From NCBI GenBank assembly GCA_965153285.1, contig OZ229111.1: a stretch of DNA of 64,000 bases. One strand, written 5' to 3'. Positions 25,155 through 35,986 of the stretch are shown in pieces. The notes under the pieces were generated by a model that worked only from the letters and a program-made list of their open reading frames with translations, ran no database searches and had not been told where the DNA came from. Position 1 is the stretch's first letter. The number at the start of each line of letters is the position of its first letter. The DNA is from Podarcis tiliguerta. Its lineage: Eukaryota. The translations under genes and the position numbers were made by a program.

Positions 25155-25314
25155 GCTTTGAAGGTGTGCAACAACAAAGAGCTGGAGTTGATGCTAGGGT
25201 TAACAATATATAGTTATTTAAATCTTGACAGCTTATGCACTTCAAATGTATCTGTGAACATCTAATGTTGTTTGTTTCCTGCTTTTTAAAATAAATGTTC
25301 TCATTGGCTAGGAT

Positions 25315-25598
25315 CAGTGCCGGATTTACATATAAGCTAAACAAGCTATAGCTTAGGGCCCCACTCTCTTGGGGGCCCCAAGAAAATTTAAAGGGGGGGG
25401 GGGAATTGGATGTACATTTCCAAAATATAAGATTTAAAAAAATGGCTTTAGATGCCTATTAGGTCCATAAATTACCATATAGCATATATTCAGCACGAAA
25501 ACAGCGAAAATTTGTTGTTGGCAAAGGACAGCTGGACATATAAAGGGCCCCATTACCTTCAGTAGCTTAGGGCCTCATTGAACCTAAATCTGGCCCTG
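25315..25598. mobile_element. hAT-like MITE
   Basis: TIR cagtgccggattta / taaatctggccctg; imperfect 8-bp TSD gctaggat / gcagggat. Confidence 0.7.
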
Positions 25599-27899
25599 GC
25601 AGGGATCCAGAGATGTCTTGCACAAGTGGAAAAGCACTATAACCCTAACTAATTTCTCTCACACACATCCCAAATCCTGCTACAATCCCAGCAGTGCTGT
25701 GATGGACATTTCACACATAATATTTTTTGTCCATATAATGAGTATTCGACCTTTTAATGAGAGCAAAAGGAAGTGGCCTGCAAGAAGTCTCTGTGTGCAG
25801 AGAGAAATTTCAGGAACTTCTGCTGCAAGGAAGGAGCCCAAAGGAACCAACTCCTAGGAGATGAAGTGTTTTTGCCCCCCAATAAAATATTTGAAGGGGC
25901 AGCCCCCTCCAAAGGTGATATGGATTGCTATTCAAATTGTATGCGTGCACAGCATCATGTGATCAATTATGCAGGGCGGGGCTTACCTTGGCCCCCAATA
26001 TTTTATTCAGGGTATGTCCTAACCACAATCAAGGTGTGAGATGGTCAAGTGATCTGTTCTCTTCTTCTTGTGTACAAAAGCCTTCTTCCACACACATGCT
26101 GCAAAGTTGGGCTCTTCTGGCAAAGTCTTCCATGCCAGCACTGCTTCCTACAATAACCATATGGTCACATAATCATTGTAGGATGTCTTGCGGCCATTTG
26201 AGCCTTTTGTCAGAAAATCCCCATGATGCTGTGTGTGAAGGCAGGAGAAGACTTTTTTGAAACATGACAGGGGAGAGACCACTTGGATGCTAAATCAGGG
26301 GAAATGGTCCAGAAGAGCATTAGCCCACCATGCCCCATCTCATGTTGTTTCAGAGGGCCTGTCAACTCTCAGGAATGCCATGGTGATGTGTATGTGTTTG
26401 CTGATGACTATAGATTGGGGGGAGTCAGAGAGCAGATCACAGTCCCACTCAGTCTCCTCTGGATCTAAACTAGTGTGTCTTTAGTAGTTAAAGTGCCTTG
26501 GAAATTCTGTATGGAACAGACCTACAGAAGTAAAGAAACTAATAGATAAACAACAAGAACAAGCCATGATGTAGGCTGTGACTAATTATGCCCATATTTC
26601 AGATGAGTCTTGGGAAAACTGAAGTGGGGATTTTAGAGGCTAGCTTAAGGGCACCTAGGGCAAAGCAGTCTGATCTGATGGACTAACAAGTGATGGGTGA
26701 ACTCTCCTCAGCTGAATTTGGAATCAGTTTTTCAATTGCAATGGCTTGCAACCCTTTAAGCTTCCTTTTTTGGGCCTTCCCACAATGCCACTTGGGAATT
26801 GTAGTGCAAGCATGGGAGTTATAATTGCTACCATGAGCAACGACAGAGAGCTGCTAGTAAATTCAATCATTGCTCCTTTCCAGACAAACACTCAAGGACA
26901 AGAGAGGGCTTTACCTCTGAATGGTGTTAGTATATAGGTCTCCTTAAAAGAAGTTATATTCCAAACTGAAGGGACACAAATAAAACTTTCTTGAACTTAA
27001 GAAGCCAAGAATACAGGAGGTGTGATTAGAGTTCTTTCCCCCCAACAAACTCATGAGGATCCTGATACAAAGGAATTGAGCGATGGAGAAAATGAACATG
27101 CCACAGAAAACAAGATTTATGTTCCCCAGACACTGATGATACTGCTACCAATAGATAAAAAAAATTCCAATATAAAGTAGTGACAGCATATCTGTACTTT
27201 TTTTTGCTTTGAGATCTATAGAAATCACCAAGTGAGCTTCTAAAAGATTATCATAAAGCACAGTGACTATTTGCTCACATTTGAAAATGGAATTTCTCCC
27301 TTAAATAACTTTCTTTTCATTCAAAGGTTTATTTTTAAAACATTTATTCATTTCACCTAATTCAATGCAAGCAACGGTGCTGCAATTAATGTTCTGAAAA
27401 CAAATGGGTTGTTGGAACATTCCGAGTCTGCTTCATCTGAATTTATTTGCAAAATGTTTCCGTTGTCTTTCTAAAGGCTGTGTGCTCCAAGGCAGCACAC
27501 AGTAACAACAAAAATGGAGCATAAGAAAAGACAAGGGCAGAATGAGTTTCCTGCATGTTCCAGACAAGAGACCTTTCATTCCACTGTAGTAAACTCTGTA
27601 TGAGTGCTCAGGTTGTGATGGAAAAATAGGGGAACCACAAGCTCCACCTTGAGCTTCCTCTATTTGGGCCGAATCAAGGCCACATTGTAAGTTTCTGTAA
27701 ACAGTGACCAAGAAGCAGAAGCAGCAAACAGAGGGACAATGCAATGCTGTGTTCACCAGGACATGAATGGGGTATGTGGTGGTTGACGTTAGGAGAGCAG
27801 CAGGCTGGTGGCACCAATGTCCTGCAAGGGCACACAGACTTGTGGGACATTTTTGCCACCAACCTAGAGCTCCCGGAGCCTCGCTTGTCCTGCCCTGTC

Positions 27900-27990
27900 C
27901 CCATGAGAACACCAGAATAACCCTGCTGAATCAGGCCTTGGCCTATCCAGTTCAACATCCTGTTCTCATGGTGGCCAACCAGTTGTATGT
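27900..27990 (-). mobile_element. CR1 3'UTR fragment
   Basis: ccctgctgaatcaggcc...catcctgttctcatggtggccaaccag. Confidence 0.65.
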
Positions 27991-28000
27991 AATTTGTATA

Positions 28001-28349
28001 AAAGTAAAGGTAAAGGGACCCCTGACCATTAGGTCCAGTCGTGGCCGACTCTGGGGTTGCGGCGCTCATCTCACTTTATTGGCCGAGAGAGCTGGCGTAC
28101 AGCTTCTGGGTCATGTGGCCAGCACGACTAAGCCGCTTCTGACGAACCAGAGCAGCACACGGAAACACCGTTTACCTTCCTGCCAGAGCAGTACCTATTT
28201 ATCTACGTGCACTTTGACGTGCTTTCGAACTGCTAGGTTGGCAGGAGCAGGGACCGAGCAACGGGTGCTCACCCCGTCACGGGGATTCGAACCGCCGACC
28301 TTCTGATCGGCAAGCTCTAGGCTCTGTGGTTTAACCCACAGCGCCACCC
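28001..28349 (-). mobile_element. Sauria SINE (Squam1), a few 5' bases missing
   Basis: Reverse complement of the 5456 copy; the tail reads aaggtaaagg on +. Confidence 0.95.
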
Positions 28350-30776
28350 TAGATTCAGTCAAATACCATATTTGTCTATACCTAAGTTAAAAGTTTGTTT
28401 AAAATAAGTGGTGCAAAAATTAACAAAGGCAAAATAAAATTTTGACGACCATGTGTTATGGAGGAATGTGTGCAAGTGATCTTCTGACTGCATTTCTCTT
28501 CTGTGATCACTCAGACAAATAAAAAAACTATACCCCCAATTGAACAAATGGTGCCAGTTGTAAGTATATTCATGCATCTATGGCAATTTTTTATTTTCAT
28601 AGGTGGCACATGTCTGTACTGCACTTGAGTTGGATGCCTAGTTTTTCATTAGCAAAGTGTGTCCTTCAAATGTGGGAAGGTCTTTTTTAATAGGTGAAAT
28701 GAACCTGACATTGGGTTTCATGGGGTGGGGTATGAATGACATCTTGAGTTCTACAGTGTACTTGAATCAAATGAATTATTTTCCTACCTGATTTCTAAAC
28801 ATTTGTGGTTACTTCTCCCATAGCAAATGACTTTCCATTGAGGGCATTCCAATGATTACATTTTATGCAGTGTTCCTTCCTTCCCTCTCCTCCCCTTAAA
28901 CATCCCAACCCAAAATGAAGGCTTTAAATATTTTCTTCATCTTTTATTTTAAATTAGAAAGGTTTGAATTACTGTGATAGACATCAGTATTACTCTCATA
29001 TTACTAATTAATAAATGATTAACAGCAATAACAAAAGGCAAGGGCAAAATGCACCCAAAAATGAGTATATTGCATTCCCATTGATGTGTCTGGGATTTAG
29101 TTTACTTTGCCTGGTCCTGTAGCCCTGTAGGGTTACCTACTGGCTCAGCCTCAGAAATTAACTTTGTTTTTGGTATTTATATTGGTTGATGAAACATGAG
29201 AAGAGGAAACCATGTGCCAAAGGACTACAGATAATATTGCAAGTGAATCCAATAGTATTTTTTTGCCTTGATGAGTTTTTCTTTCAAGACTGAGAAATAC
29301 ATTCTTAGCATAACACTCTGTTATCAAATACAAATACAAATTAAGGGGGGTGGGAATCAGTTGGCAGAGAGTGCAGTGAGAAGAAATGGGAGCCTCAAAT
29401 GGACTTGCAGTGCTCAGGTTCTCAGAGCCAAACTAGATGTTACTTTAATTACGCATTGTTAAATATGGTGGTGGTGGGGAACTATGATTATTTCATTATT
29501 ATGTTGTCTATTATTGTGCTTTGCATTATGCTTTTATTACTGTGGTCTGTAAAATATGTTTTTAACATTGTACACCACCCTGAGATGAAGGGTGGTATAT
29601 GAATTAAATTATTAATACTAATACTTTAACAAAAAATAAGATGATGGAAGAATTTAAGTTGGGACTTCAGCATGTGGGAAAGGAGATTTTACTATTCCTT
29701 CCATGGTCACGATCCCAACAGAAATTTCAACCAGCATTTCTTTCTAAAGCTCCTGTTTGTGCCAATGGAAGTTGTTTTGCTAACGCAAATAAGACTGATT
29801 GTCTTGTGCACTGCAATGTGCAATGTTTTAAAACCCAAAAAATAGGTGTGGTCACCAACAACACAATCTAGTTTTGCCTTATTAGATTTAAACAGTGCCT
29901 AAGATAGACAATATAAGGCTAGTACAGTGTGCTCATGGGAAGTGCTGAATGGTAGTGGAGGTTGGCCCTTTAAGAGCAAATGGACCACTTCCCCGCTGAC
30001 CTCAGCCTGGCCTAAGCCAGCCCCCACCAGAAAGAAAATGGATAGGGGGCATTTCTTTGAAATGGAGTGTATCCATTTTCACCTTTTATCTGTTTTATAT
30101 CACAAGAACGTTTGGGTTGTTGTTGTTGTGTTTGTTTTTTGGAAAGAGATCAATGCAATGTGATTGCATGGAGTTAGGTCCATCAGCCAGATACCCTACA
30201 GAGATTCCTTGACTACCAGGCAAGAAATGAACAGATGGACTTGTCATCCTCCATTTCAGAAAGGTTGACTCTAGTGATAAGATCTGCTAATAAGCTGATC
30301 TGAAGTACCCCTTAAGAAGTCAGCTAGCTATGGCATTAGAAATGAAAGACTAAATTGGGTTAGACATGCTCTTCTCAAGGTGCTCTGTAGGTCCCATAAA
30401 GGTAATAGCAAAATGGATTGGATATTCACTCTGCATCAGCTTCTTGGAAATGACCAAAGTATGTCAAAGAAACATTACACATGGCATGATCTATGAACTA
30501 AAAAGGAACCGAGTCAAAAATAGTCTCCGTTAGTGGACTACTATTTCCAGAAGCAATATCGACATGGTTCATTACCACAGTTGGATCAGGGAAATGACAA
30601 CTCTGAGGCTCTGCAAGAGTCTGAATGCATCCCACTGAATTCACTTGAATCTAGGTACTCCCTCATAAGTGTGCTTAAGACTAAAAATGCATCATTAAGC
30701 TTCACTCTGGATTCTACATGTGTCATCTGCTGCTGTGGGCTCCTACAGGAGGAAGAGTGGGAACTTAACTTTAATA

Positions 30777-31299
30777 TGTAAATAGCTAGCCAAAGAGAGA
30801 GAAAGAAATAGTCTGCGTTGGTGAAATCATGGGGAGAAAGACAGGAGAGCTAGAAAAGGCTATAGCATGGGATATATGGGATAAATGTGGGGTAAGCAGC
30901 CTCGTATAACCTACATGATTAAGTCAAATTAATGCATGAAGGGGTTAAGACCTTAGAGTAAGCTGTGCTGCCAGGCTTAGCTAGGTCACTCCCCCACAAC
31001 TTGGGAGGAAGACTTATTAAGCCTTTGTTCTTTCCATTCCATACCAGATAAGCAAGCCATCTTTGTGTTTCTATAAAAATAATTTAGAAACATCTACCAC
31101 CTTAGAGCTCAAGTTTTACTGCCTGACTTTTCTTATTGCTGTAGAGAAAAATACATGAATGTGACCTTTGAAGAGTTTGTAAGTAAGCCATTTTTAGCTT
31201 ACCCAATGTGTGGTCTTTTTCTATGCTAAGGGAAGAGGGGAACTTTTGAAGCACCTTAGAAGGGGATATTTTAAAGGTCTAATAGCCTATATTTCTACA
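30777..31299 (+). mobile_element. putative old solo LTR
   Basis: TGTA...TACA termini with loose inverted similarity (tgtaaatagcta / tagcctatatttctaca), ~520 bp. No clean TSD. Confidence 0.3.
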
Positions 31300-33149
31300 C
31301 TTTACTTTTCTACATATTTTGTGATTTTAAATCTTTGCTGAGGCTCTCTCGTCAAAGAGTACTTGCCCCAAGCCTGGATCTAGGCACCCAGGGAATAAAT
31401 ACTATCCTTTATTATACCTATATTTACATCACTGTTGATGTAAAATTTAACAGCCAGTCAGTTTACATTACACGTGGATTTGGGGGCAGGATGCCATCTT
31501 TTTCTTCACCCAAGGTTGCAAAATGATTTAATCGTATTACGTTATGTCCTGATTTTAATTTATGGGAGAGGGTTAGCTAACTTCTTATGAAAATTGCAGT
31601 GTTTCTTTTTAACACATAGCTTCCTACGTTTAATTTCCTCGTGATTCTTAAAAAGGCAGCACTTGCATTTGAGCCACAGTAAATTTAACCTAAATGTTTT
31701 GCAAATACTCCAATTCTTGTTTATTGGCGTCTGGAACTGGAACTCAAGAAGCACTGCTGAATGTTTGTGGGAACATAAAAAAAACCCCAGAAAGCTAATA
31801 GTTAGGCATATAATCTACAATTGTCTTTACATGAAAGAATAAAAGCTGGTCTGTTCACTGAGTCCCACATTATAAACAAAAGCAAACATTTTGTCAAGAT
31901 AATGTGTTTTTCCAGTACGAATTCATGAGTAGATTTTACTGTGTGGTTCATCTTGTATTATATTCTGCTCTGTAATGAAGAGTAATAGGATGTTCAGCAA
32001 AATGTTGGCCTTAATTGATACTTCATCTAAGGAAAAACAAACACAACATGATTTTAAAAATAAAACAGAACATTAGTGTTTATAATTCCTTAGAAATACC
32101 CCCTCATTGTTTATATATTCATGAATTTATGTAAACAGGCTGATAGCAGGAACGATTTATAAAATGCTAATAATTTGCAAAAGAAGCCTCACTCTCATTC
32201 TGTTTCTGCGGAGTAGGCACTTCTTGTAACTTATTTACTTAATCATCTCTATGCACATAGGCGGTTCTATTTCAGTGGTTAAACACAAATGAGCTAAACT
32301 AAAACACCCAATTACAGACAAAGTAAAATGGAAAGACTTTGAATTATGCTGTCTCCAGCTTGGATTTTGAATGGCTAGGGGCAGAATATTCCTTTCCCTC
32401 GTGTCTCATCAACTGTGGGACTGTTTGAAGACAGTAATAACAAAACACCCTTGCTTGCTTTTATGCAAGGTGTGTTGAATTTAGTAGAATACAATTCTGA
32501 TAAAAGCACAATGATCCTAATGTATTGCATACTCAGTAGATACTCAAAGGAAGTCATCTTGCCAATGCTGTGCAAATATATAACCTTTCCCCATTATTTT
32601 CATGGAAGGACCATATGAATTGTTTGCCCTAACTCTACCTGCCAGTAGCATATGGCATTAGGGATGTTCACTTAATACATTAAATAATAATAATGATAAT
32701 ATTATTATTTATGCCCCACCCATTTGTCTGGGTATACAGTGTGTAAAAAAAAATAGTTGATCTGTTCAAATCAGCAAGTGTATTGCATTTCTACCTTGTT
32801 CTAAAGGGGCTGTAGAGCACAAGTGGCTAACCCCTGTTACTGGACCCTGATATGCCCTACTCTCACCCACAAATTGATACGTGTGTGTATGTGTGTGTGT
32901 ACAGATATATAACTATCTAGATGCACACACCTGATGCATTAAATAGTTTTTTTCACCAAAGAGGTTTTCTTGTTTTAGTTGCTGCCTGTTATCTTCCTGT
33001 ATTCTGCTGCTTTGGGTAATTTAAAATGTCTTTGTTTTTAACTTCTTTTTAGGCACTCTGATCTTTTTTTAAAAAAGGGGCGATATAAATGTTGGAAATC
33101 AATTAGTTCCAAGCCAGGTACTTTTGGGAAGACCACAAACAGAGCATGA

Positions 33150-33350
33150 AGGCAATAGTGTTCGGCGGTATGCTTCGCTGCCTCTGAACTTTGCAATTTG
33201 ATTTCAACCTCATCGCAGATAGCTATTGATAAATTTGTCTAATCCCCTTTTAAAGAGAGCCAAGCAAGTAGCCATCACCATTCTAGTGACAGTGAGTCCC
33301 ACAAATTAATTACACCTTATATAAAGAAGTTCTTTCTTTCTCAGTCATGA
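33150..33350 (-). mobile_element. degraded CR1 3' fragment
   Basis: aatttgtctaatccccttttaaa...gccatcacca...gagtcccaca is homologous to 1930-2040. Confidence 0.6.
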
Positions 33351-33545
33351 ATCAACTGCTAATTAGTGACATAATTTTTAAATGAAGCTCAGGTGTTTCT
33401 GAGCTTTTTCCAAGAAATTGGAAAACCCAATCATCAGTTAGATCATCCCTTAGCCCTCCATGCCAGTTCCTCCTCCCAAGCAAACCACTTCATTAAAAGG
33501 GAAGTCCAAGTCCCTGCTGTGGACAAGAGAGGCCTTGTAGGCATC

Positions 33546-33771
33546 TGTCATGGACTAGCAGGATGCAGAAGAGTGATTGGAGGCACCAACTGGGGAACCC
33601 CCAGGGGAAGAAGGCTCAGAGCCAGGGCATTGGTGGTGGGATGAGGATGGGTGGTCAGAAGAAGAAGAGAAGGCAGTCTGTGAGGAGGAGGTGTCTGAAG
33701 CTTAAGAGGTAACAGGGTTTAGTGAGCAGGAAGAGGCTGGGGCAGAGAGCAGTCCAGAATCAGAAGTCAGA
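33546..33771 (+). mobile_element. 5' part of a Gypsy-type LTR, broken at a hAT-like MITE end
   Basis: Starts TGTCA and is purine-rich with a decayed acidic frame (V M D * Q D A E E * L E A P T G E P P G E E G S E P G H W W W D E D G W S E E E). It abuts tagggttgcca at 33773. Confidence 0.55.
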
Positions 33772-35514
33772 GTAGGGTTGCCACCTTTTCATTCAGCTTA
33801 AAAAAACAGTTAAAACAAAAATGTCCTCAGTTGTTTCCAGAAAATACGGACAGTGGGCACCTCTTGTCTATCACCCAGGATACTGCTCTACAAAACAGGG
33901 GCAGTCACACTGAAACCCCTGCTCCAAGATACTATAGAGTCAGTGATTTCAATGAGAAACTCTTCAGCAGAATGTTGTCACCTGTAAGGTGTAAGAAATT
34001 CTCTCAAACTGGTTCTGATCTTTATAGGGCTTTATATGTTAGTATCAAAACCTTGAACTTGGCCCTTGAATTAAGGTGAAAGGTGGAGGCAGAGAACCAG
34101 TTTTTACCCAAATCTTTGATTCTTCTTACCCCACTGCCAAGCTTAGATTCTTGGACTCTTGTTTTCATCACTAGCTGATCATGTAAGGGCAAACCTCACG
34201 TTTATAAATTAACATTTTTTAACAGTGAAGATGTTGGCTAAATGTGTTTCTTTCACCACGTTAGTGCTATCCTCTACTTAAAGTAAGCCTGGCCCTGAAG
34301 CTCAGAAGTGCTGAAATTCATTAGAGAATAATTTTGTACTTGAGCATGCTGCTGGTGTAATGGCAGCAATTTGTACATAATCTTCAATTTGCTAACTAAG
34401 CTGTGCTCCACCATATCATGTAAGAGGAATAATGGATCACAATCCTCATGCTAAATGTTTCAATTTATTTGCCACTTACCACTTCAGTACATCTGAGGTA
34501 TTAGAGACATTGTGATTTTTTAAGCTGCTCTTTTGACTAGGCTGAATGACAATACGAAACAGTGAAGAAAGCTTGCACTCTTTTAAGCAACTGTCCCAAT
34601 TAACTATTATTTATGGTTCTTATTGAGATCTTGCAACATTTTGTGAGTGGGAGAAAGTTTATTTTAATAGGAAATTGCAAACTTCTTCTTGACTCATTAC
34701 TCTCCTACCATTCCAACCCAACTTTAGTGATCACACCTACTCCACAACTCCTCCCAAGTCCTCACTCATCAGACAAATTGCAAACTCCACCCTAACCACC
34801 ACATCATCTTCTACATACTTGGTCAGGCATGGCTAGGCTTCCCTTTTCAGATCCAGTCCTGCCCCAGATTTAGCAAAATAATTGTGATACGTGGCAGGGG
34901 TGAAACTAAGGAGCTTAACTACCCCGTGTTTCATGGCAAGAACCTGTAGCCCTCCAAATATAGTTGGACTTTAATTTCCATCAATCCTGACAGACAGGTG
35001 TCCTGTCACTGCCATATAGAGTGGAGTTTGTATGGCTCCTAAGTTCAAGTGGGGTCTAGGTCATGCATGGCCATTGTATTCACAACTTGGAGATGCTCTT
35101 GGAACTCTAATGCAGTGCATACCATCCTTCCATTTCACTGGAAAAAACACTTTCTCTCTTCTTCCTACTTATAGCATCAGCCAGCTGGAGGGAGGGCATT
35201 CAAGCTGGTGAAAAAATTGAATCTAGATCTACCTTCTAATGCAGGGATGATGGACTGGTGGTCTGTGACTTACATATGGCCCCAAGATGGTTCATTTGGC
35301 CATCTAGCATCTTTCACGACAGAGGAACATGTGATGTTGCCTCTGAGCTGCCTGGCCAACCATCACCCAGTTTTTTTAGCATGAATGAATCATTGTGTGG
35401 CACTGCCCAGGCTCCTGGACATCTTCCCATCAGCACTGGGAAGTGCTCCCCTCTCCACCTATTCATTATGTTATGCAGGTTTATTGCATGAGCAGGGGCT
35501 TTTGATAGGACACA

Positions 35515-35704
35515 TTCTATCAGTAGCTCAGTGGCAGAGCATCTGCTTTGCATGCAGAAGGTCCCAGGTCCAGTCCCCATCATCTCCAAGCAGGACTGGG
35601 AATGTCCCTTGTTTGAATCATTGTAAAATCCCTGTCCATCAATGTAGACATTGGGAAGCTAGACAGACCAATGGTTTGACTCACTAGCCTCCAGTGTTCC
35701 TAAT
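35515..35704 (+). mobile_element. tRNA-derived SINE (Squam2-like)
   Basis: gtagctcagtggcagagcatctgctttgcatgcagaaggtcccaggt is a tRNA-Ala-like head (A box, TGC anticodon arm). The tail is gctagacagaccaatggtttgactc...tgttccta. Confidence 0.8.
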
Positions 35705-35984
35705 TGTCAGGGGTTCAGGAGCAGAGGCACAGGAGAGGGAGGAAATAGAGAGCGAGGGGGAGGAGTCCGAAGGAAATGTCAGCGATGACAGCAATCCGAG
35801 GTCTCTGAGTCTTTCCAGTGAATCGGAAGATTCACAGAAAGAGGCCCCCATGGTCAGGGCAAGGGGGGTGCCGAGGGGGACACCCCAGGAAGAAGGGGCC
35901 AGGGGGGACTCAGAGAGCAGCAGTTGGAAATCTGGACCAGCGTCCACACCAGAGTGGAGTAGAGGGGAGGAGTCCCAGGCATCG
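35705..35984 (+). repeat. truncated 5' LTR (first 280 bp)
   Basis: Matches 38509-38788 with one mismatch, then jumps directly into pol. Confidence 0.95.
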
Positions 35985-35986
35985 CG

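Noticed and set aside
27767-28306. 179-aa ORF
   Set aside because: It runs through a CR1 fragment and an antisense Sauria SINE; the same pseudo-peptide (CFRTARLAGAGT) appears at other SINE copies.
35520-35590. tRNA-Ala gene
   Set aside because: The acceptor and T stems are broken and the sequence continues into a SINE body; it is a SINE head.
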